Assembly: GCA_023253175.1 (NCBI GenBank) | Contig: JALRHH010000002.1 | Span: 128,199-192,198 of the forward strand | Direction: 5' to 3' | Source: Candidatus Saccharimonadia bacterium | Lineage (GTDB): Bacteria; Patescibacteriota; Saccharimonadia; Saccharimonadales; JALRHH01 | Length of the DNA: 64,000 nucleotides | Shown here: positions 43,918 to 51,730 of the stretch, one piece after another | How positions within the stretch are numbered: the stretch's first letter is position 1 | How the letters are laid out: every line of letters begins with the position of its first letter | Notes under the pieces: model-generated | Databases searched by the model: none | Seen by the model: only the letters and a program-made list of their open reading frames with translations | Told to the model about the DNA's origin: nothing | Translations under genes and position numbers: made by a program

Positions 43918-44085
43918 ATGGCAAAAATGTCACAAGAAGAACAGCTCGATTGGTATGACCGTACGCACAAACATTGGCGAGCGTGGGGATCATGGTTCAG
44001 CTGGGGTTCACCTGTAGGGCTTGGATTATTCTTCCTAGCCTGCGCAGGAACAATCTGGATCCTCGCCCAAGCCTTCGGCTGGTAA
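43918..44085 (+). CDS. Small Trp-rich membrane protein (55 aa)
   Basis: SD AAGGAG lies 7 nt before ATG 43918. One C-terminal TM segment. Confidence 0.5.
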   Translation: MAKMSQEEQLDWYDRTHKHWRAWGSWFSWGSPVGLGLFFLACAGTIWILAQAFGW

Positions 44086-44110
44086 TAAATAGCACCCTAA
44101 GACCAGGGTG

Positions 44111-45652
44111 CTATTTTATTTCTATGTCTTCGCCGAAGTGTTTTTCTAGTCTCTTTTTGATGCTGCCTGGATGGCGGCCGAAATGATTACTTAACATGTT
44201 AAGTGTTTCTTTGTTTTCAAATCTTGACTTCAACTCTTCATCGTCCGCTTCTTTCCACGGCATGTAGGCATTTGGGAATTCTTCGCGCATTTTGGCGAGC
44301 TTTTCCGACCAATCAGATTTTGGCTTTTCAGGTACCTCTTCTTCTGGCTGATCCTTTCGCTTTTCCTCGTCCTGGTGCCACTTTTCAATGACCGCAGCAT
44401 AGGTTGCCAGCGCATCATCGCTGCGTTTCCGCAGTTCACTGTCAATTTGCCTTGCGAGCGGGCTTGTCTTTAGTGCCATACCATTCAGTCCATCCAGCGC
44501 CAGCTGTTTCATGCTCTTCACACGAGAAAGCGCAACATACCCCATGCCTTCGACAAACGCGCGGCGCAGGTCAATATGTGCTGCATCCAACGTCATGCCC
44601 TGGCTCTTGTGCACTGTGATCGCCCATGCAAGGCGAATTGGTAGCTGCGTCAGTGTTGCCCGGCGCTTGTCGCCATCAACGAGCTCCCAAGTCTCAGGTG
44701 AAATCGTTAGCTTGCGGCCATTATTTAGTTGCACAATTGGATACTCAGTTTCATCATCAAACCCTACCACCACACCAAGCGATCCATTCACGTATTTGCG
44801 GTCCTGGCTGTTTTTAATACACATGACGTGCGCGCCTTTTTTCAGGAACAGAACTTCGGGCGCCAAGCATGATCGCATTAACTGCTCTACATATTTTTTG
44901 CCGCCACTTGTTTCCATGCTGTATTCGTACATGTCACCATCAAGTCTCTGCAGTTCGCCGTCATTAATGCGATCAACATCAGCATTGGTTGTCAGCAACC
45001 TTGTACGAGGCGTGAATGGATCAAGGGCAACTTCAATCCTATCCTGCAGAGCGGTTAGTTGATTACGCGTCAGTACGCCGCCACGGATGCCGTTTAGGAT
45101 TTGGGCATAGGTGTCGTCTTCACTCTGACGATACTGCTTCTCCAGGTAGCAGACTGCAAAATCCCCATCTTGCCATGCACTCGAAGACAGCACAAAACTA
45201 CCACTGCGGCCCTCTGATCGGTTTACTGGAGGCAACTGGAAGAAATCACCGACCAGCACGACCTGTAGCCCGCCAAACGGCTCGGCATTTCCGCGGACGT
45301 ACCGAGTAACTTCCTCGATCATGTCCAACCGAAAGTCATGGAGCATACTGATCTCGTCGATAATTAGAATATCTGCCTTGGCTATCAAACCTTGCCGCTG
45401 CTTACCAAGCTTCTGAAAAAAGAGCTGCGGAAGCTCGTCATGTACACCGATGCCTGCCCATGCATGAATAGTGGCACCGTTCAGGTGCGTCGCAGCCAGT
45501 CCGGTCGTGGCTGTTACGGCGATGCTCTTGCCCCGGCGTTTGCTACGACGAATAAACTCATTCATGAGATACGTCTTACCGGTACCAGCTGCACCTGTTA
45601 ACAGGACCGACTGGCCCGACTCTAAAATAGCTAAAGCTTCTGCCTGCGTCAT
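44111..45652 (-). CDS. PIF1/RecD-type superfamily-1 DNA helicase
   Basis: Walker A LLTGAAGTGKTY, Walker B ILIIDEISM, LVGDFFQLPPV, and C-terminal ITVHKSQGMT motifs. Confidence 0.85.
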   Translation of the reverse strand: MTQAEALAILESGQSVLLTGAAGTGKTYLMNEFIRRSKRRGKSIAVTATTGLAATHLNGATIHAWAGIGVHDELPQLFFQKLGKQRQGLIAKADILIIDEISMLHDFRLDMIEEVTRYVRGNAEPFGGLQVVLVGDFFQLPPVNRSEGRSGSFVLSSSAWQDGDFAVCYLEKQYRQSEDDTYAQILNGIRGGVLTRNQLTALQDRIEVALDPFTPRTRLLTTNADVDRINDGELQRLDGDMYEYSMETSGGKKYVEQLMRSCLAPEVLFLKKGAHVMCIKNSQDRKYVNGSLGVVVGFDDETEYPIVQLNNGRKLTISPETWELVDGDKRRATLTQLPIRLAWAITVHKSQGMTLDAAHIDLRRAFVEGMGYVALSRVKSMKQLALDGLNGMALKTSPLARQIDSELRKRSDDALATYAAVIEKWHQDEEKRKDQPEEEVPEKPKSDWSEKLAKMREEFPNAYMPWKEADDEELKSRFENKETLNMLSNHFGRHPGSIKKRLEKHFGEDIEIK

Positions 45653-45666
45653 TACTACTTATTGTA

Positions 45667-45728
45667 CTGAAATTCACCGAAGTTTACTGATGTAATTTCA
45701 GACATTAGCACTTTTTATTTCCTGAAAT
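45667..45728. promoter_or_regulatory. Inverted and direct CTGAAAT(T) repeats in the helicase / PafA-like divergent intergenic region
   Basis: CTGAAATT (45667-45674) and its exact complement AATTTCAG (45694-45701), plus a third CTGAAAT (45722-45728) next to SD AAGGAG. Confidence 0.4.
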
Positions 45729-45748
45729 AAGGAGTATGGTGCGTAATT

Positions 45749-47110
45749 ATGAACGTTTTTATGGATCGTATTCACGGTACGGAGATGGAATGGGGAGCAA
45801 TGGTGGTCCACCCCAAGCAGAGTATGCAATTCCAGCTTAACGGCAATGTCCTCGAGGATCATGTCAAAGAAGCGATGACCAAAAATGGAACTGCTTTCAT
45901 CGGCCGAAATAATGACCACTATCTAGAAAATGGAGCACGTCTTTATCGTGATGGCTACGAGCGCTGGGAATATGCCACTCCGGAAGATATATCTTATGCA
46001 GGCACAACCGCAAACGAGTTTGCGGGCGAACGTTATTTAGCAGACACTGCCGCCCTGTACAAAGAAGAGACGGGGAATAATATTTCGTTTACTAAGCGAG
46101 TTATTGATGATAAGGAACGAAGCTGCGGGTATCACGTCAGCTATTGCCTAGACGCCAAAAAAGTTAAGATCACCGAGGATGCGCTTGCCTTGTATGGCGT
46201 ATTTGCGGCCACTAGAAGTGTGGTATTTGGATCAGGCGCTCTGCTCCCTGGCGGAAAATTCATACTCGGCCAAAAGGCGTTTACTGCAAACTGCGATTAT
46301 AGCCCCCACACCATACGCCAAAAGCCAGTTGTTAACCTCAGGGATGAACCTCTTGCAAACCCTGATAAATTTACCCGTTTTCATGACACCCTAATTGATC
46401 CGAGCATGTCCCCCTGGTCATCACGTGTAAAGATTGCGGCCGGATCGATTGTTGCTCGTATGGTTGAGGCCAACGAACACATGCCCTGGCTCAGGTTCGA
46501 CAGCCCGCTTTGTCTGGTTGCCCGCAATACCAGTGCCGATAACAGGCTTGCACTTCAACATCGACTCATCAGTGGCAACTACATATCTGCCATTGATGTA
46601 CAGCAAATTATAGTAAAACACGCTCGACACCTTGCAGAAGAGAGCACTATCAGCTTGAACGATGAAGAACAATGGGCACTCGAAGAGTGGGAGGGCGCGC
46701 TCAAAGACTTGGCGCAAAATCCCGCACTTACTAACAGAAGAATAGAGTGGATTGATAGGCTGAAAATCCTGGACCGCCAGCACGAAAGGCATGGATACGG
46801 CTGGGATAGCGAGTATTTGCGCTACAAGGACAGGCAGTTTAGTGAAATTGCCACTCAAGGAATAGCTAAGGCGCTCCGGGAAACTATCTGGTCAGAATAC
46901 ATGCCAGAAAATTCACTCATTAAAGAAAGAATGCATCGTCCACCCGCAACGCGGGCAGCCATTAGGGGCAGGTTTATACAGAAAGTAGCAGACCGGCCCA
47001 ATGCTAACTTATCAAGAATTATGTGGAGTAATATTCGATACAGGGGCGTGGACTATCAACTGTCCGACCCGTATCAGTCCACCGACCAAGACCTTGATGC
47101 TATTGCGTAA
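45749..47110 (+). CDS. Pup-ligase/deamidase family protein (PafA/Dop homolog)
   Basis: [53 protein letters not shown] and [12 protein letters not shown] align with M. tuberculosis PafA segments [51 protein letters not shown] and TTRARLRGEFI, recalled from memory. Alternative start 45761 (MDRIHG). Confidence 0.8.
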   Translation: [453 protein letters not shown]

Positions 47111-48857
47111 CGATCGCCATCGATAGTTCGTCGAGTTGCTGCTCATCAACAACGCTTGGGGAGTTCATCATGAGGTCAACACCTGAGCCGTTCTTTGGGA
47201 AGGCTACAACTTCACGAACATTGCTTTCGCCGACTAGTTCCATCAGCATACGGTCGATACCAAATGCACAACCAGCGTGCGGAGGGGCACCAAACTTAAA
47301 TGCGTTAATCATCGCGCCGAAGCGGTCTTCTACGTACTGCTTGTCATACCCTAGTACACCGAACACTTCATACAGCACTTCTGGGTTGTGATTACGGACA
47401 CCACCAGAACAGATTTCGTAGCCATTCATGACCATGTCGTACTGGTCGGCTAGAATTGCCTGCTTGTCCTCTGCCGCCAATGACTCAAGGCCGCCCTTCG
47501 GCATGCTGAATGGGTTGTGACCAAAGTCGAGCTTTTTAGCCCTTTCGTCGTATTCGTAGAATGGGAAATCAACAATCCATGCTAATGCGATAACGTTTGG
47601 ATCCTTCAATTCAAAATGAGTAGCAAATTCATTCCGAAGCCTTCCGAGCACTTTGTTGACAACGGCCCTAGTGTCAGCGCCGAAGAATACGGTGTCGCCA
47701 TCCTGGGCGCCAGTCTTTTGTTGAATTGCAGCGAGTTCTGATTCGGTTAGGAACTTGGCAATCGGCGATTTAACCTCACCGTTTTCATATGTGATGTACG
47801 CGAGACCACCAGCACCCTCTGATTTAGCGATATCAGTAAACTTATCAATCTGAGAGCGTGAAAGTGAAGCACCATTTTCTACGCGAATCGCTTTAACCGC
47901 GCCGCCACTTGTCAGCGGGTTCTTGAATACACCAAATTCACTTGCAGACAGTTCTTCGGACAGATCAATTAATTCCATGCCAAAACGTAGATCTGGTTTG
48001 TCGGAACCAAATCGTTCCATCGCCTCTTGATACGGAATACGTGGCACTTCTTCTGAGAGTATTTTTTTGCCAGCAAAATCAGTTACTAAATTCTTGATAA
48101 GCGGGTCCATTAGGCTACGGACTTCTTCGCCGTCTTCGACAAACGACATTTCAAGGTCAAGCTGATAGAACTCGCCGTAGAGGCGATCCGCACGCGGGTC
48201 TTCATCGCGGAAACATGCGGCTAGCTGATAGTACCGTGGTACGCCGCCAACCATAAGTAGCTGCTTGAACTGCTGTGGGGCCTGAGGTAATGCGTAGAAT
48301 TTACCAGCCTGAAGTCGTGATGGAATTAAGAAATCACGTGCACCCTCTGGGCTGCTGTTAGCAAGAATTGGCGTAGTGACCTCTGTAAATTCTTGCTCTT
48401 CCATGTAAGTACGCATAACTTTGTACATTTGGGCGCGTTTTTTGAGCATAGACTGCATCTTGTCGCGGCGCAGGTCAAGGAATCGGTACCGAAGGCGCTG
48501 TTCCTCACTGCTAATGTTTTCGCCGTGCAGCTGAATCGGAAGTGGCTCTGCTCTGTTTAAAATACTTAACTTGTTAAGTATTATTTCAACACCGCCTGTT
48601 GGGATGTTTGGATTCTTCAGTCCGTCCTCGCGTTCGGCAACTTGGCCGGTTGCACTAATCACGAACTCGTCACGGAGCTCTTCCGCGATCTTGAAGCCCT
48701 CTTCGTTGTCTGGACGGATCACAAGCTGGACAATACCAGTATGGTCGCGCAGATCAATAAAAATAAGCCCACCGTGATCACGACGTGACTGTACCCAACC
48801 TTTAACAGTAATTTCAGAACCAATCTGTTCTGGTGCAGCAACTGCGTATGTTCTCAT
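47100..48857 (-). CDS. aspS: Aspartate--tRNA ligase
   Basis: 585 aa: OB-fold N-terminus (VKGWVQSRRDHGGLIFIDLRD), class II motifs (FRDEDPRADR, GAPPHAGCAFGIDR), bacterial insertion domain. Confidence 0.95.
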   Translation of the reverse strand: MRTYAVAAPEQIGSEITVKGWVQSRRDHGGLIFIDLRDHTGIVQLVIRPDNEEGFKIAEELRDEFVISATGQVAEREDGLKNPNIPTGGVEIILNKLSILNRAEPLPIQLHGENISSEEQRLRYRFLDLRRDKMQSMLKKRAQMYKVMRTYMEEQEFTEVTTPILANSSPEGARDFLIPSRLQAGKFYALPQAPQQFKQLLMVGGVPRYYQLAACFRDEDPRADRLYGEFYQLDLEMSFVEDGEEVRSLMDPLIKNLVTDFAGKKILSEEVPRIPYQEAMERFGSDKPDLRFGMELIDLSEELSASEFGVFKNPLTSGGAVKAIRVENGASLSRSQIDKFTDIAKSEGAGGLAYITYENGEVKSPIAKFLTESELAAIQQKTGAQDGDTVFFGADTRAVVNKVLGRLRNEFATHFELKDPNVIALAWIVDFPFYEYDERAKKLDFGHNPFSMPKGGLESLAAEDKQAILADQYDMVMNGYEICSGGVRNHNPEVLYEVFGVLGYDKQYVEDRFGAMINAFKFGAPPHAGCAFGIDRMLMELVGESNVREVVAFPKNGSGVDLMMNSPSVVDEQQLDELSMAIVTQ

Positions 48858-48865
48858 ATGTAATT

Positions 48866-48948
48866 CCTCGGGGAGTTAGTTAGTTCAGGCTGTGATTTCA
48901 GGGTCGATTGCAGCAAAAATCGCTCGGCTAATTGCTGCCGACCCGAGG
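48866..48948 (-). promoter_or_regulatory. Nested inverted repeats in the aspS leader (possible SD-sequestering structure)
   Basis: Outer CCTCGGG (48866-48872) / CCCGAGG (48942-48948); inner GGGTCG..GCAGCAA (48901-48916) / TTGCTGC-CGACCC (48932-48944). The outer arm nearest the ATG contains the GAGGA SD. Confidence 0.4.
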
Positions 48949-48983
48949 ATTACTGTTATTATTCGCCTGAAGAGTCATTACGG

Positions 48984-50054
48984 CTATTTTACCACCTCTG
49001 TTACTTCCTGTACACTCTCGATGTTTTCGTGCGGTGTATCGTGCACTATATGCGCTTTGTGCTCTTTTTCGGCCATTTTGGCTGCTACGGCGCGGAGATC
49101 TTCATATTCGTCAAACTCGTCAACGATCTGCTTGCCAATCGCTGCCTCCATAACATCTTCGATCGTAATAATACCGACATACTCCTCAAAGCTATTTACT
49201 ACTACAAAGAGTTGCTGGTGCGTCTTAAGGATTGCCTGGAGCGCCTCTGTAAGCGGCTGGTCTTCATGCACATAACAAACCTGCTGGCTCATTGATTTCT
49301 GGATAGCGCCACCAGATTTAGCGCGAACTGCTTGGCGCAAAAATAGAATTCCCACGATATTGTCATGCTTGCCGTCGTATACCGGAAACCTCGAGTGACC
49401 ACTCTTGTGTAAATCATCCAGAAGCAGTGGACCGATCTCATCATTGGCAGATACGGCCTTGACTACCCTACGAGGCACCACAATGTCCGATACTTTCTTG
49501 CCACCGAATGACAAAGCTTGTTCGACAATTGCCAGCACATCCTGCCCGATGCGATTATCGGATTGGACCTTCTGACGGGCAAACAGATCCTGCAAATCCT
49601 CTACATCATACAAGCCCGTATGCACAGATACTGGACGATGCTTTAACACAAAACGACTGACCTTTTGAAAGAGTGGGTGCAGATATTCCAGCAACTTGGC
49701 AAATAGTGGTGCTAATTGCTCTGCCAGCCAGAGGCTGAGCCTTGTAGCCTCGCGGGCAGGCAACCACACAAATCCGAACCAAAGGACGAATCCAATAGCT
49801 AAAAAGGCGAACCAGGCCGCCGTTTCCTTAGATAAAACGAGAAAGAGTAGCGAACCAAAGCCCAAGATAAGTGCCCAAAGGAGCGCCCGGAGGCTCGACC
49901 CATACGCCGCAGCCTTGAACAGAGCAGCCGCAACCACATCACCCGACCTCGCACGCTTTCGCAATTCCTTAACAGGCAGGCTTCCGTAGCTCCTCTGCAA
50001 GCTAATAGTCAGTAATGTAACGCCGGCCAGTAGGATAATGCCAAGAAATGTCAT
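48984..50054 (-). CDS. DUF21 + CBS-pair domain protein (CNNM/CorC/HlyC family, putative Mg/Co efflux)
   Basis: 4-TM DUF21 N-terminus, then tandem CBS (VSDIVVPRRVVKAV ... GIITIEDVMEAAIG). Confidence 0.85.
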   Translation of the reverse strand: MTFLGIILLAGVTLLTISLQRSYGSLPVKELRKRARSGDVVAAALFKAAAYGSSLRALLWALILGFGSLLFLVLSKETAAWFAFLAIGFVLWFGFVWLPAREATRLSLWLAEQLAPLFAKLLEYLHPLFQKVSRFVLKHRPVSVHTGLYDVEDLQDLFARQKVQSDNRIGQDVLAIVEQALSFGGKKVSDIVVPRRVVKAVSANDEIGPLLLDDLHKSGHSRFPVYDGKHDNIVGILFLRQAVRAKSGGAIQKSMSQQVCYVHEDQPLTEALQAILKTHQQLFVVVNSFEEYVGIITIEDVMEAAIGKQIVDEFDEYEDLRAVAAKMAEKEHKAHIVHDTPHENIESVQEVTEVVK

Positions 50055-50141
50055 GCCTAAAGTGTAAAACAGGTAAGACGCTTTTGAAAGAGCCGAGCAA
50101 ATTGCTACAATGTGATGTATCAGACTAATAAGTGAGGGAAC

Positions 50142-50786
50142 ATGAAATCACGTTTTGGGTTTATACTCATCGCCTGCGTTGTGGTATTCGGCGCTATTTT
50201 ATTTTTACAAAAGAAGGATGCATCTGCGCCTAATGATGATGGCAAGGCCGGAAACACGACCAGCCAACACGTAAAGGGAGAGAACGCCAAGAAAGTTACA
50301 CTTACTGAATACGGTGACTTCCAATGTCCTGCGTGTGGCGGTTACTACCCGATTGTTGAATCAGTAGTCGAGAAATACAAGGCTGACATTGAGTTCCAGT
50401 TTGTAAACTTCCCACTCACCCAGATTCACCCTAATGCCATGCTTGCGCACCGCAGCGCAGAGGCAGCCAGCAACCAAGGTAAGTTCTGGGAAATGTACAA
50501 ACTTCTTTACGAAAACCAGACAACCTGGACTAGCATGGCCAGCACACAGGCAGCTTCTGCATTCCGAAGCTATGCAGAGAGCCTCAACCTAGACATGAGC
50601 AAATTTGACACTGACCAGAAGAGCTCAGCAGTTAACGAGCTTATCAACGCCGACATTAGCAAGGGCAAGGGTCTCGGCGTGACGAGCACTCCTTCATTCT
50701 TCGTAAACGGCAAGAAAATTGAGAATCCAAAGGATCAGGACGCCTTCAATAAAGTCATCGAAGACGCGATCAAAGCAGCTCAGTAA
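50142..50786 (+). CDS. DsbA-family thiol:disulfide oxidoreductase, membrane anchored
   Basis: N-terminal TM, thioredoxin-fold CPAC active site (YGDFQCPACGGYYP), C-terminal GVTSTPSFFVNG. Confidence 0.8.
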   Translation: MKSRFGFILIACVVVFGAILFLQKKDASAPNDDGKAGNTTSQHVKGENAKKVTLTEYGDFQCPACGGYYPIVESVVEKYKADIEFQFVNFPLTQIHPNAMLAHRSAEAASNQGKFWEMYKLLYENQTTWTSMASTQAASAFRSYAESLNLDMSKFDTDQKSSAVNELINADISKGKGLGVTSTPSFFVNGKKIENPKDQDAFNKVIEDAIKAAQ

Positions 50787-50802
50787 GCAGCCGCAATAAA
50801 CT

Positions 50803-50840
50803 AAAAACCAGTCACCTCGCTATCGTGACTGGTTTTTTAT
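50803..50840 (+). terminator. Intrinsic terminator
   Basis: CCAGTCAC (50808-50815) / GTGACTGG (50825-50832), with an A5 run before and a T6 run after. Confidence 0.75.
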
Positions 50841-50858
50841 TTGTTTTGGTCTACTTGG

Positions 50859-50951
50859 CTAGTACTGCAAAAATTGCTGCCAAGAGGGACGTCGTACTCG
50901 TACTTCCACGCGTGTTCCCCTGGAATTCATTACTTTTATTTTTACGGGCAT
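50859..50951 (-). CDS. Candidate 30-aa ORF (MPVKIKVMNSRGTRVEVRVRRPSWQQFLQY)
   Basis: Strong SD GGAGGTGA lies 7 nt upstream of ATG 50951. This is the shorter version of track ORF 50859..51044. No homolog recognised. Confidence 0.3.
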   Translation of the reverse strand: MPVKIKVMNSRGTRVEVRVRRPSWQQFLQY

Positions 50952-51101
50952 GCCGTTATCACCTCCGAAAACCTCGCTAGTACCACTCCACGTAAGTACC
51001 ATCAGTTTTTGTGTTTTGTTGTTTTTGTGTTCGCTAAGTAGCAACCTACTCGTTGAAGTAAGTGGATTTTCTCATAAGCATGAGCGTATTGTCAAGAAAA
51101 T

Positions 51102-51668
51102 TTACTGCTGGTTTTTGGGATCGAGTTCTTGTTCGAGCTGCCTAATAAGCTCGGCGCTATCAATTGGCTTGAGCATTTTCTGAAGCTCTGGGTCATCCTT
51201 GATGTTCACACCCTGCTTTTCAAGCAGTACTGCCATAAGATTCATCAGCTTTGTGAGCTCGCCCTCAGAGATAGTATTAAGCTGCAACTCGATCTCTTCA
51301 CGGAGCTCATTAACACGGCCTTCTCTGTTCTGGGAAATCAATACGATAATTGCCAGGACAATCGCCTCTAGTGACACTACCATCGTCAGAAAACCAAATG
51401 GGTATGGATCGAACGGCTTAATACCTGGCACGTGACCAGTGTTAATCAGTATCCAGGCCGCAAACCAAAGTACATTGATAATCAAAAATGCAATTGAACC
51501 AAATTTTACCGTCAATAGATCTGCAAACTTCTCGGACTTTGATCGCTTTGCGTCAGCCTTTGCCTTGAAAGTACGAATCACCTTACGGCGGCGGCGCATC
51601 GTCTCCTGGTGCGATAGCAGCGGAGATATAACATTCAATGGATTGAGGGGGTTAAGTGGGTTCTGCAT
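51102..51668 (-). CDS. DUF1003 family membrane protein
   Basis: FGSIAFLIINVLWFAAWILIN...FDPYPFGFLTMVVSLEAIVLAIIVLISQNR, followed by a coiled-coil tail. Confidence 0.7.
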   Translation of the reverse strand: MQNPLNPLNPLNVISPLLSHQETMRRRRKVIRTFKAKADAKRSKSEKFADLLTVKFGSIAFLIINVLWFAAWILINTGHVPGIKPFDPYPFGFLTMVVSLEAIVLAIIVLISQNREGRVNELREEIELQLNTISEGELTKLMNLMAVLLEKQGVNIKDDPELQKMLKPIDSAELIRQLEQELDPKNQQ

Positions 51669-51730
51669 AAATTGCCTAAATGGTTATCCTTACGTATAAT
51701 ATACGCTATAACAATTACAAAAACGAACAT

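Noticed and set aside
44511-45062. 183-aa forward ORF inside the helicase gene
   Set aside because: It is antisense to a gene with complete SF1 helicase motifs.
45653-45748. SOS (LexA) box in the helicase promoter
   Set aside because: TACTG...CAG elements are present, but the spacing (CTG-N9-CAG) fits neither the E. coli CTGT-N8-ACAG box nor the Gram-positive CGAAC-N4-GTTCG box. The repeats are reported only as generic.
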